Part shown: positions 25,521-38,099 of the stretch, one piece after another
Numbering within the stretch: the stretch's first letter is position 1
Layout: each line of letters starts with the position of its first letter
Assembly (NCBI RefSeq): GCF_016432865.1
Contig: NC_067399.1
Span: 476,966,001 to 477,030,000 of the forward strand
Direction: 5' to 3'
Length of the DNA: 64,000 nt
Source of the DNA: Antechinus flavipes
Taxonomy: Eukaryota
Program-made: the position numbers and the translations under genes
Notes under the pieces: generated by a model
Databases searched by the model: none
Seen by the model: only the letters and a program-made list of their open reading frames with translations
What the model was told of the DNA's origin: nothing

Positions 25521-26454
25521 TAGTGTCTGGAATATAGTAAATGATTATTAAATGCTTTTGATTGACTGACTATCCATGAGACCCTGGGCAAACCATTTAT
25601 TTCTATGGGCCTCCTTTTCCTTATCTGCAAAATGGGTGCTTAGAGACTGATGAACTCAATAGTTTTTAAACTCTCTTCTATCTCTAAATTTATTATTCTC
25701 CCATTCCAAATATCTATTGGTTAAAATGTTAATGAAACTTCATTTTAATGAGATCATTTTTAAAAGAAAAGTATTTCCTCACCTTTGGACAAAAGTTTAC
25801 TGCTCACATTGGAAAAATGTAGGGCTTTCCCCTCATCTTGTTTGTATTGAGGTTTTTTCTTGTGCAGAGTTGACAAAGGCCAGCTGAGCCTCTTCTCTTT
25901 CCTATAGACAAGGTGCCTTTATGCACCAACAGCTTCCTTGCTTTATTGTTTTTTGTGTGATTATAGAGATTTTTCAGCATTCCCTGTTGCTTGTGCAAAG
26001 GGCAAATTACTTGATATTTTTGAAGAGAAGAACTATAGTGTTTCTTGTGTTTGCATTACTCTTCCTGGTACCAGAAAGAAAATGTTCTTCTCTACTGGAC
26101 ATAGTTGACAGTGGGCAATTAAGGGTCTTCCAGGTATTTCTATTTATGGAATGAATATCACAAGTATGGCCAGGGAGGATACACACTTTATGCTTAAGAA
26201 GAAGGCTTTGGTCCTGCGATCAATGATGGAAGTCATGTCTATAAGGAGCTATGTTCAGTAGAACCTGGCAGACTTGGCTAAAACTTTGTTGATCATTTTG
26301 CTTCTAAAGCTAATCTCTCATTGATAGCTATGTGCCTGAATTAATCAGTCACCAAGCAATTATTAAGCACCTGCTATCTTTCAGGAATGGCATTAGATGG
26401 AAAGAACAACACAAAGACAAAGAGAGTTCTTACTTTGACGTATATCACATTTAT

Positions 26455-26456
<2 letters not shown>

Positions 26457-26496
<40 letters not shown>
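26457..26496 (+). repeat. (TG)n microsatellite within an L2 remnant
   Basis: About 20 GT units. Confidence 0.95.
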
Positions 26497-26498
<2 letters not shown>

Positions 26499-27049
26499 AC
26501 AGATATTGGTACATTAAGGAAATACAAAATAAATATTAATTTGGGGAATTTCCTAGACATGTAGGAAACTCTTTAAAGTGAGCATTGAAACAAACTAGGG
26601 ATTCTAAAAGTAAAGGGAGTACATTCCAGGAATGGAATGCAGCCTGAGCAAATACATGGCGATGATAGTCCAGATCTATGTATCATTAATGCAATCATAT
26701 TTGTGCACTGGGACACTGCACCTCCTCCTGGGAAGTTGCCTCTCCTTTATGGCCTTCATTAATAGGCAGGCAGTATCAGTTTATTTCATTTGGAGTCACT
26801 GTAGGTTAAGTCATGAGATGAGAATGTTACAACATTGATTTTGTTGGTGACTGCAACCCTAAACTTGAAGGGATGGATAAAAGGTAATTCACTCTGTAAG
26901 CTTTGCTCAATCCTGACCCATTATCAATTTAGTTGAAATATGTCAGCACAGTGAGATATTGAGCATATTATCTTTTTTTGGAGGGTTAGCTGAGTAAATA
27001 AAACACATACATTTACCTATCTAAGTGCTGTCCAAGCTAACTTATGATT

Positions 27050-27165
27050 TATTGATCTACATAGTGCCCTTCATCTGTATCAAGATGTTCTACACCATAG
27101 TATTACAAACCAGCAAGATGTTGGACATGCCCTAGAAATGCAGCCACTTCTTGGGTGGAATGTGT
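27050..27165 (-). mobile_element. Probable AmnSINE (Deu-domain SINE) relic
   Basis: ctacatagtgcccttcatc resembles the AmnSINE tail; gaaatgcagccacttcttgggtggaa resembles the Deu-domain motif GAAATGCAGCCACCTCTGGGGTGGAA (recalled consensus). Confidence 0.5.
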
Positions 27166-27699
27166 CTTCCTGGAAACACACATTTCACAAGTGCCTGAGA
27201 TCTAACTGGCCTTCTGAGATCTAAACTGAGATCGAAGGGCCTTCAAGAGGACCTAAGAGGTCTTAAAGAGGTAGGTGAGAATAAACAGCAGGGATGACCT
27301 ATTGTTTGCGATACACCTATGGAAAGAGTGATTTATGTTTGTGTTTATGATTATGGTTGTGAACTAGATAGAGAAGTTGACTTTGATGTAGAAGTGGCTG
27401 AATCAAGAGAGGGCCACAAAAAGTCAAAAAAGCATCTACTAAATATTTAAAAATGAGAAGGCGTGCTTGCTAAATTTACTTAGGATGTAAAGAATATTTT
27501 CCCCTTATATCCAGTATTTGTGGACTTTGGGTCTTGAGTTTGCTTTTTGAAGATGGTGGTGATGAAGTTGTTGATAATAATGAAGATGACCTGATGTAAT
27601 TCATTTCCATAGTGGTTCGCTTAATGGTGTGTCAGAAACCAGACATCATCTTTCTGTCTCTGTTAGGGAGTAGATTCCAAAGATTATTCTAATGCTTTT

Positions 27700-28050
27700 G
27701 AGAAACCCAAAGAAATGCTCTCTCTTCTGTTCCATTTTGCTCTTTCACTTTGCTTGTTCTCCTTCTTCCTTCCTTCTCTCCTCTTTTTAAATTTCCCTTT
27801 TTCCTCTTTCATTTTCCTTTTTCTCTCTACTCATTTATCTTTTTTCTTTCCCCATTTCTTTTCCTTCTTTTCCTTTCAGAATGTTTCCCCTCTTCTCTTT
27901 CTCCTTCCCCCTCCCATTTTCTTTTCCTTCTTTCTCTCTGTCTCATCTTCCCTTACATCCCTCTTCACCCTAACATATTTTGTCAGGTACCTTCCCTGTG
28001 TCCTTCATCTCTTTTTCAGCTTCCTTTTTTGTGTCTTCAACCATTAAAAC
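27700..28050. repeat. CT-rich low-complexity tract
   Basis: Pyrimidine-rich degenerate repeat; explains the F/L/S-rich ORFs in the track. Confidence 0.9.
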
Positions 28051-28084
28051 ATAAACTGTTTTCCTTTTTGTTTGTGTTTGGTTA

Positions 28085-28310
28085 GCAGCAATTACATTGA
28101 GCAGTGGATAGAATGTAGAGCCTAGCCAGACACTTACCAGCTATGGTCAAGTTTCTTAACATCTATCTACCTTATTTTCCTTATCTGTAAAATGGGAATA
28201 ATAATAGCATCTACCTCCCAAAATTCTTGTGAAAATGAAGTGAGAAAATATTTATAAAGTATTTTAATTTTTAAAATTTTAGTATGCTACATAAGTGCTA
28301 GTTATTATTT
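28085..28310 (+). mobile_element. MIR
   Basis: cagtggatagaatg...ttttccttatctgtaaaatgggaataataatagcatctacctccc. Confidence 0.7.
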
Positions 28311-30149
28311 GCGTGATAATGGTGATGGTGGCAATGATGATGACAGTCCACTGCACTTAGCATAGTGTACCTAGTATAGTATAATATGGTATAGGTACCT
28401 ATACGGCATAGGTACCTAGTAAATACTTAATAAATGCTTATTGCCTAACTGCCTGCCTGCTTCTTCTCTTTCTTTACTTCTATTTTTGATTTTGATTTTC
28501 TTACCCCTGCTGTCTGTCCTTGTGATGGTAATCCAAAAGGAGGAGGATATATTATTTTTTGTAAAGAAAAATAAAACATTGCAACCATATGTTTGAAACC
28601 AAAACAGACCCCTACATAAAAATTGTCCAGAAAATTACCTGTTTTCTCTCCTTCTCTTTGCCCCAAAAGATACAGCCTTCATTGCTGTACATTTTCCAAA
28701 TACTACCTGATTTTCCTTCTTGTCCAGAAAGCAGAGCAAAGCTTGCCCCGAAGCCATGGTTTTATTTGCATTAGTAGGATGTGCCAGGTTCTGCGTTTGG
28801 GGACTCCATTCATCCTGTTGGCTTTTGCCTTGCCATTGTTAGCAATTCCATCTGAAGAATCTCAAGGTACCTTTTTCTTCGACCAATTTTATCTTTCCTC
28901 CCTTTGCTGGTCCACATGACTTTTTCTCTGGTGTTTTGAATAGACTTGAGTAGAGCATGGCTGTTATATTAAAGAGTCATAATTTCTGCATGTACGTGGC
29001 CTTATCGGAGCTATTTTTGTAAGCCCTGCCAGTTGTTATCTATCCCAGCAGCTCCGGGAATCCTTTTTGTGAGTGGTGTGGAGCTCAGATGAAAGGTTCT
29101 GGGAGTACAAAGCATTTGTTGAGGAGTGATAGAGAGATGTATCAAGTCATCAAGAATCCTGAAAATGTGACCTGTGAGATGATAGCAACTTTAAAACACA
29201 CAGGTCAAATTTAGGGGCCTTAACTCCCTATTCCTCTCTACCAAGAAAGGAATAATTTTAAGCAGTGTGAATGACTGAATCCTTATTTCACAAGGTCTTT
29301 TTATATTTTTACATATCTAAAGTTTACAAAGTTTATTAAGACTTCTTATTCAGTAAATGTCTCCAGAGTATCCTAGGAATAATTAATGGCTGATAGGATG
29401 TTCATTTTACAAACAGAAAAACTGAGGTATGAAGTGATTAAAGCTAGTTTGTCTAAGTCACAGATTTCCTCAGGTTTCAGTTTATCTTTGAGTATGCTAA
29501 CCTATACCACTGAATATTTATCCAAGCTTCCTCTATACCCAGGCCTAGGAAATGGGTGGCTCATAGTCATTTGCTTACTTTTTTGCTATCTTCTGTTTCT
29601 CTGATCCAACTCGTGGTACTAGTGATACCTGTGGGGAAGGGGGGAAATAAGAAGAAAAATAGGAAGTCAGTGTAGATACCCAGGGTAAAAATCCATCTTA
29701 TTCCTTACAAAGCCCTGTCCAACAAAACCAAATCTCTACTAGATAATGACAGATTTTCTACTTTCCAAAATGAACTTTGACCTTTCTTTCCTTACAGAAA
29801 TAGAGGTTTGGGCAGATTCATTATAGATTTAAATTTGGAGACTTCAGAGACCATCAAGTTCAACTTCCCTCAATCTACACATGTGGGAACTGAAACCCAG
29901 AGAAGCAATGCTACTTTGCCAAGATTACAGACGTTCTAAGTGATAGAGAGAGGATTTGAAACCTTGTCCTTTTATTCCAAGATTCTGACCTATAGCCTGG
30001 ATAGATAATTGATTAATACAATTGTACAGATACCTCCTTTTATATTGAAAGGCACACCTGAAATTTAAATGTAGAAGAAAGCTCTAATCTGTATAATTTA
30101 ACTTTCTCATTTTATAAGAAAAATGAAATTTTCAAAGCCAAGTGGCTTG

Positions 30150-30420
30150 CCCAAAGTGACACAGGGTTATAATACGATAAATTTGTTTTTCAGTCATCTC
30201 TGATTCTTCATGAACCCAAAAAAGTATCTGGGCAGATACTGGAGTGCTTTGTCATGTCATTTCTTTCTCTGGTTCATTTTATAGACAAGGAAACTGATGT
30301 AAACAGAGTTAAGTGACTTGCCCAAAGTCTGGAAAGTGTCTGAAGCCAAATTTGAACTCAGGAAGGTGAGTCTTGTTGATTCTAAGCCTGGTGTTTTATC
30401 CACTATTATAAGATGCATAG
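30150..30420 (-). mobile_element. Mar1-type CORE-SINE
   Basis: ttcagtcatctctgattcttcatgaaccc...gatactggagtgctttg...gttaagtgacttgccc...tttgaactcagg. Confidence 0.75.
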
Positions 30421-31539
30421 CTGGGGATAATCGGCCCCAATCTGATTAATCTAGATTGTTTTAGTCAGGAAAAAAAAATCAGTCCTGATCATTTTTTGGT
30501 GACAAGGGCACTGAAGCCCTGCATTTAAATCCGGGCTTACCTTAAGCAAGTCACTTTATTTTCTCTGGATCTCAGTTATCTCCTCTATAAAAATGGGCAT
30601 ACAAGCTCTTTCCCAGAATGCTCACAGGGTCAGAAATTTAAATCTTCACAGGAATTTAAAGGTCATTAAATCCAACCCCCTTGTTTTATGTAGTCCAGAG
30701 TCACACAGCTAATAAGTGTTTAAGGCCGGGATTTGAACCCAGACCTTGACCGTGAGTCAGATTTCTTTCCTTTATACCGTACCATTTCTATACCACAGGA
30801 CTCTTACAAAGGTTCAGTGAGACGGTAGAGATAAAGCCTTCAAAAAGTACTGTTCTAATGAAAGGTGTAATTATTTCCTGTGAGACTCTCAGAATGCACT
30901 GCCTAAATTAACCAGATTATTGTGACCAGTTCTCTCTCCCCTTGCCTTTGTGCTGCCCAGACACAGCCCGTAACCAGTCTGCTGTCAAGAACGTGGCGCG
31001 TGCTACCTCCACCAACTGCCCCCAAGGGAGTCTTTCCGGTGACAGGAGCTGAGCTCTTCTTCTCTGGTGGGCAGACAGAGCAGCAGAGCCCTCCTGGTGC
31101 TGGCCAGGCTTCTGCTTTCTCCCCATCACCTCTCCTTCTCACCTCTTCAGAAGCACTTGGGTGGCAGTGTGGGTTTTATATTTTTATTTTTAATGTAATG
31201 GAGAAAATAATTCACACGCTTATAATAAAACACGACAAGCTAAGCATAACAAGTAAATACAATACAAACTACATCTCAAGCCTCAGAGGTAAAAGAAAAT
31301 AACCAGTTTTGGTTGCTTTTTATCTATTATGAAGAATGTCAGGCATTTGACAATGCAGTATTTAATAAAAAATACTATAATTTGTGCTTAAGAGATAGAA
31401 ATAGATATCACATTTATTTCATTTCTATCCAAGGAGACAGTATTGGGAGTATCTTAAAGGAATTAGGAAATACAAAGTGAGAGTCTTGATGGGCCTGGGA
31501 CAGCCTGGGCCTGAGGCTCTGTCACTATGGAGCAGAGCA

Positions 31540-32010
31540 CTTGGATGATCAATCACTCAATTTTCTAGCATTTTGTTAACACTGACTATGTATGTACCCA
31601 GCTGGGAGCCCAATACCCTAGAGGACAAAAAGAAGCTTAAAATACCATTCTTGCCATCAAGGAGCTCACAGTCTATGTGGAAAGAAGAGAAAAATGAAAT
31701 GGATAATTAGATACTAAATCGTTGCAGAGGTTCGGAAGACGGCTATCCATGAGGTGGAAATGGTCATGTGTGGTTTCCTGGAGGAGCTGGCACTGCGAGC
31801 GGACTTTGAAAGATGGAGATGATTCCCCAAATTTGCCTGTACCAAAGAAAGGAAAAGGAAGAAGCCTGGCATCAGTGCTGAGGAGGAGAGGGAGAGCAGA
31901 TGTGCATAGAGAAGCTGAGGGAAATAAGGTTGGATAGGAGAATGGGTTAGGGTGGGGAGAGCCTGGAATTTCAGGTGCAAGAATTCTGACTTCCTACAGT
32001 AGGAAAAAAG
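31540..32010 (-). mobile_element. L2 fragment
   Basis: caatcactcaatttt...ttgccatcaaggagctcacagtct...gagcctggaatt. Confidence 0.55.
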
Positions 32011-32124
32011 GGAGCTGGCTATTGTAAAGTTCCTAGTAAAAGATAATGGGGGTGGGAGGACTTTTCTCCCCTCCCAGGAGCTGTGGCAAAGTGAGAAGAA
32101 AGAATGAATACCCTGCAATTAAAA

Positions 32125-32725
32125 GGAGTGAGCTCACCAATCTGGAACTGAGCCCAAAGGGCCACAAAACTGTGCATACCTTTGACCCAGCAGTGCCTTT
32201 ACTGGGTCTGCATCCCAAGGAAATCATAAAGGAGGGGAAAGGACGCACCTGTGCAAATGTTTGTAGCAGCTCTTTTTGTGGTAGCAAAGAATTGGAAAAG
32301 GAGTGGATGCCCATCAATTAGGGAATAGCTGAACATGTTGTGGAATATTATTGTTGTATAAGAAATGATGAACAAACTGATTTTAGAAAGCTCTGGAAAG
32401 ACTTACATGAACTGATACTGAGAAAAACAAGCAAATCAGGAATACATTGTACACAATCACAGCAAGAATATGTGATGATCAATATAAAAGACCTGGTTCT
32501 TCTCAGTTGTTCAGTGATCCAAAGCAATCCCAATAGACTTTGGACAGAAAATACCATCTGCAACTAGACAAAGAACTAAGGAAACTGAATGTAAATCAAC
32601 ATATCTATGTTCATTTTTTTTCTGTTTATTTTATTTCTCCCATGTTTTTTTCCCATTTGCTTTGATTTTTCTTTCCCAACATAATTCATAAAACAATGTA
32701 TATTTTAAAAAAGAAAAAAAAAAAA
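32125..32725 (+). mobile_element. 5'-truncated L1 (ORF2 C-terminus remnant, 3' UTR, poly-A)
   Basis: ORF 32046-32321 contains FDPAVPLLGLHPKEI, the conserved L1 ORF2 C-terminal motif; A-tail at about 32706-32724. Confidence 0.92.
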
Positions 32726-33219
32726 GATGTGAGCTCATAACGACATTCCCATCTATAAAACTGAAGGAAAGTGACAAGAGTCTCTGAGTGTCAATTTCTT
32801 CATCTGTCAAATTAGGAAGTTGGATTCTAATACATTTAGGGGTCAGTTCTTACTCTAACTCTATTATCTGTGATGTTTTTATCTTATTGTTATCAGATAC
32901 ATAGATTTTCCAAATAAAATTATTTTTGAACTTTTCATATTTAACAAGGTGTTTTTGTCCTAGAGAGATGCAATGTACTTGTGCTTTGCCTCAATATAGA
33001 CACAAGAGTATAGAATAAATTAGATAAAGCATTTATTCATCACTCATTATATGTTAAACTACAATTGCATGGTAAAAGACAGATGGTCTCTGTCTTCAAG
33101 GACCTTACATTCTAGTAGAAGAAAATAGCCCATAAAAGAAAGCTGGTCGAGGAGGCTTCTATGGCAAGAGTTAAGTGGAAAGTAGTTCAAAGAACCGGGA
33201 CTGAGCTGGGTTTAGAGAT

Positions 33220-33660
33220 CAGTGGGTCAATCAATCAGCATTTATTAAACATCTGTTATGTGCCAGGCATTGTGCTAATCTCTGGGGATACAAGAAAGAC
33301 AACACACAGTCCCTGTTCTCAAGGACCTGACAGCTCTCAAACAATTTTGTTCAAACAAACCACGTCCAAAATAAATGGGGGACAATTTTGGAGAGAACAC
33401 GCTAAGATTATGAAGATTTGGGAAAGTCTTTTTGTAGAAGGTAGGGTTTTAGCTGAGTATTAAAGAAAAACAGATAAGTTAAAAGGCAGAGAAAGAAGGA
33501 AAGTGTTCCAGAAATGGAGGATAGGCAGTGAAAATGTGCAGAGAAGGGAGACGGAATGACTTACAGGAGGAAGAGCAAAGATGCCAGTATAACTGCATCA
33601 CAAAGTACATGGAATAAAGGCACTGGAAAGGTATAAAGGAGCCAGCTTATGCAGAATTAG
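33220..33660 (-). mobile_element. L2 3' fragment
   Basis: tcaatcaatcagcatttattaaac...tatgtgccaggcattgtgctaa...ccctgttctcaagga. Confidence 0.7.
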
Positions 33661-33989
33661 TGTGAGCACATCCCCAAATTATTGTGCCAAAGAGGATTCA
33701 CCAGGAGGAAAAGGCTACCAGAATCACAATGTCTTCCAGCTTGAGAAGATTGTGGGGTGGATGTAGGAAAGTAGCTCTTGGAACTGGAGGCTGAGTCAGG
33801 TTAAAGATGAGCATGACTGGCAGGGGTACTTCCTCAAATGGAGGTAAGAAGAAAGAACTCAACAATCAGAGGAAGAGGCCACAAAAGTAGAGACATTGCC
33901 AATATTAGAAAACCTTTGAAGCACAAGTGAAAAAGTAACATTTTCTCTGGCTCATCCCCCTTGCCTAGATAGTCCTTTCTCTTCTTTTC

Positions 33990-34715
33990 TCTGACTACTG
34001 ACCTCCTTGACTCCCAATAATTCCCAACTAAAATTCCACTTTCCATAGGAAGCTATCCCCAATCCTTCTTAATTCTAGTCTTTTCCCTCTGTTAATTAGT
34101 TCCTATTTGTCCTATATCTTACTTGCTCTGAATATATATATATATCACACACACACACATACACACACACACACACATATTCATGTTGTCTCTCCCATTA
34201 GGTTCTAAACCTTTGAAAGCAGGAACAGTCTTTGTCTCTTTTTGTATGTTGAAATAAAAATTTTTCATTTGGGCTTTCACCCTGATTAATGAAGCAAAAT
34301 TCAGGACAAAGAGAATTAAGGATTTTTTGTTATAAGTATGTCAAGGTAACAACATATTTATCATTGATCACTAAATATCAGCAAAAACTTCAAGATGAAG
34401 ATGGCTTTTAGAGGTAACTTTAAGACAATCCAGATAAGTTCACTTCAGCAAAAGAGATTGGGCCCTTGCATCTTAGTTCCTTGCCAAAGTAGTAAGAACA
34501 TATAATTTGTGGGTAGGGGAACAAAGGTCACAAGAAGGGGATGATTTGGCTTGTGATCAATACCAAAGGACTGGGTAATTCCTCCCCCAACACTGATTGA
34601 TAAGCAAGGCTGGGAACACTGGAATACTGAATCAGCATATCTTTCTATAATATCTCCAGCATTTAGCACGATGTTTGGCACAGAATAGATGCTTAATAAG
34701 TGTTGCTTGATTGAA
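33990..34715 (+). mobile_element. L2 3' end split by an insertion at 34247-34637
   Basis: ccaactaaaattccacttt...tctttttgta | tatctccagcatttagcacg...gcttaataagtg; also contains a (CA)n repeat. Confidence 0.75.
34247..34637 (-). mobile_element. Probable solo LTR (ERV1-like)
   Basis: 391-bp insert splitting an L2; begins TG and ends CA; no clear target-site duplication. Confidence 0.4.
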
Positions 34716-35814
34716 GTAATTCCAAGCTATGTCAACAATCTGAGCCTCAGTCAATGATGATTTCATTGACTTTTAGGAAAAAACAAACAAATTTTAAAAA
34801 ACTAACCTATATGTGGAGCTGCTATAGCTCCTACTACAAATTAGAACTTGCTTTTCTGGGGGCAGAGCTATTTTATGCTTGGTAAACAACATGTAATATG
34901 GATAGCAGGAAGTCTTCTCATTTTTATTTGGTATTGTGGGACTCATTCATTTATTCTGTAAGGTACAATTAAGACTCATCCTACAAAGATATTGTTGATA
35001 CAGCAGAGGGGAAGAATGAGTTATGACTTACATCATCTCCCACTACAATAAAATTGACCAGTTGATCGATTATTGACATTTGCTTCCATGGTAACACAGC
35101 TCCAGTCCTGCCCATAGAGAGCTTCCCTATGTGGGGATTTTTATACCTCTTAGGAATCTGACTTACAGTCTGAATAGATAATATAATAGATAATACCTTA
35201 TAGATCATAGTTCTAAAGCTGGAGGCAACCCCAGAGGCCTTTAAAGCTAACTCCCTCATTTTACAGGAGACCCAGAATGGAGACCCAGAAAATTGTGACA
35301 TCCAAGGATCAAACAAGGGATTTGAATCCAAGTCCTCTGAGTCAGACATACTTTATGCAAAAAAGCTTTTCACTGATTACAGATTAAGAGCTGGAAGAGA
35401 CTTTCAATCCTCTCATTTTCCAGATGAGAAATCCAAGATCTAGAAAGCTGACTTGCACAAACAAGAACTGATGGAAACTATAGTCTTGAGTTTTGGATTC
35501 CAATCATCTTTCTATATACTTCCTGAAAAGTTATTTATTCTCTCATATCTAAGTTTCATAAATTGAATTCCATATTACATATACTTGATCAGCTTTCTAT
35601 TCCAACAAACATTTTGGTATCTCATTTTGCAAAGCAAAGAAGCATTTTATAATGTGAATTATCTTCTTCTCATTTTTTGGTTTGGTGAGTTTGCATTTTT
35701 CAACAATGGATTTTCTTGAATTAAAGCTTACTTATATAGTTTAACCATAATATTAGTGTGTCTGGATCTTAGAAAGCCAGTCCATGTAATTATTAGCTTG
35801 CACTGGTTTGAGCT

Positions 35815-36035
35815 CCAAAATTGTAACAGTTCTCATACTTTTTGGTCTCAGGACCTTTTATACTATTAAAAATGATGATTCCTCTTAATCACCAAGGATA
35901 TTTTGTTTATGTGGTTTATAAATAGATATATTTACCTATGTTAGAAATTAAAACATCTTAGGATTGATTATGAAGACAATTTTGATCTTGTGTTCCCATT
36001 AGATCCCAGATCACACTTTGGCAATAATTGCTCTA
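35815..36035 (+). mobile_element. Charlie1-derived hAT MITE
   Basis: ttctcatactttttggtctcaggacc...ttttgtttatgtgg...ttagaaattaaaac...atcacactttg. Confidence 0.6.
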
Positions 36036-36699
36036 TTAATTAGAACATTCATAGCAGGAGTCATTGGAACTAGGAAACCAAAGGATTAGCTAATAATTCT
36101 CATCTTTAATGTATGACAATAACCAGACTCTATGGAGGCAGACCTTAGAAGCTGTGGTGTAAAAGGAAGAAAAAAAAATCAGAATTGGGGAAACCCAACT
36201 CTGACTCTTAGCAGTTGTGTGACCCTGGACTAATCATAAAATGAGGTGTATGTATAAAATTTATATCCATTCAGATATTATTTTAGCTAACTAAACTGTT
36301 TCAGCCTCATTTCCTTATCAATAATATAGGAAGAATAATATCTGCAGAATTTATCTCTCAGGGTTGTTATGAAGCTTCATTGATGCAATGTATATGAAGC
36401 AGAGCATTTGACAAATTTTAATGTTCTATGTGAATGTCATTTATTATTGCTTTTTAGCAAAACTATCCAGGTGGCTCAATGGATGAATTTTCTTAGTAAG
36501 GAAGACTTCAGTTACAATCCCGTTACTGGTTCTTAATAGCTATGTGAACCTGGACAAGTCTTAGCTTTAATTCCCCCATTGAAAAACAGGCATAATAACA
36601 GTACCTACCTTGCAGGGTTTTATGAGAATCAAAATGAGAACATATGAAAAGTACCACCTAAACGCTATTTTATCATCATCTTTATTTTCATTAAAATTT

Positions 36700-37440
36700 C
36701 TTTTCCCAAAATATGAGCTATCGGTAGCCACATGGAAAAAATGATCTAAATCACTAATAATTAGAGAAATTATGATTAAAACAGCTTTAAAGTTTATACC
36801 TATCAGATTGACAAAGGTGGGGGGAAAGGAAAATGATCTGTCAAAAAGGCTGCAGGAAAACTGGAACAAACTGTTTATCCCCTTTCATACTTACTGCTAC
36901 TAGGTCTATAACCCAAAAAGATCAAAGAGGAAAAAGGTCCTAAATATGCAAAATGTAGCAGCTTTTTTTGTGGTGACAAAGAACTGGAAACAGAGAGCAT
37001 TAATTGGCAAATGAATGAACAAATTGTAGTATATGAATGTGGTGTGTTGTAAGGAATGATGAAAGGTATGATTTCAAAGAAATCTGGGAAGATGTGTATA
37101 AACTGAGACAGTGCACTGAGGAGAACCAGGAGAACAATTCATATAATAATAAAAATATTGTGAAGACAAACAACTTTGAATTAGGAACTAGGTCACTGTA
37201 ATGACCAACAACAAATCCAAAGGACTCTTAATGAAACACCATGAATATCCTTTCCTTCAGAGAGAGAGACAATGGACTCAAGAATCAGATTGAGGTATAT
37301 TTCTTTTTGGACATGGCTAATGTTAGAATTTTTTTTGCTTAACTACACATGCTTGTAAGCGGGTTTTGGTCTTGCTTTCTAAATGGGAAGTTGTAAGGGA
37401 GATAATTTGGAGCTAAAATGAAATCTAATTTTAAAAAAGA
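36700..37440 (+). mobile_element. Older L1 3' fragment
   Basis: ctaaatcactaataattagagaaatt...ctaggtctataacccaaaaagatcaaag...ttttggacatggc. Confidence 0.8.
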
Positions 37441-37834
37441 AAAATAATAATTTTATTCCACCAGAGGCATCTTGGATTAGTTAAAAGAGAACTAGATATT
37501 AATTCTGAGGACCTGGATTATATTTTGGGGATGGGTAGCTTTTTGCAGGTCTTTCCCATTTACTCCCATTAATTGGGAGGAGGGATTAGATTAAATGCTT
37601 TCAATGAAACAAATGAAAATTAAGTGTGTGCTAGGAATACAAAGATCAGACAAAGCTGTCCTTGTCCTCAAGAAACCTGGGAAGAGGGTACCAACTCTAC
37701 ACAGATAAGTAGATGCAGCATAATTTGATGGAGAGGTAAGCACTAACTTCTAGGGAGATCAGGAAAAACTCTAAGTTTTATTCTACCTCTATATCCTAAT
37801 GTCCTATGACAAGTCCTGCCTATCCCACTCCTGT

Positions 37835-37940
37835 TTTTGTTGTTTTCCCTTGATTCTCTTGTCCTTCTTTCTCAAAGAGAAGCATGACATCAGGAAGGTG
37901 ATGTCATGACTTGCAAGTGAATTGGATTTGGATGAAGTGC
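37835..37940 (-). mobile_element. Marsupial RTE-associated SINE fragment
   Basis: gtccttctttctcaaagag...catgacatcaggaaggtgatgtcatgacttgcaagtgaattggattt. Confidence 0.55.
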
Positions 37941-38099
37941 TGTCTCTTGGATAGTCCCAACTTCATTTCAGCTCTGAAAATATTTTATTCTCCATCTGAA
38001 TTACCTAGAACCCCAGAGCTTCCAAGATATTCTACCTTAATTCCCTGGGAAACCTGACCCAGTAAGATTCAGATTAACTTCCTCTTTTGAACCTTCCCT

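Noticed and set aside
25921-26270. Unique-looking stretch with medium-length open frames
   Set aside because: In-frame stops, no recognisable domain and no paired splice sites.
27715-28085. Hydrophobic F/L/S ORFs resembling membrane proteins
   Set aside because: Translation of a CT-rich simple repeat.
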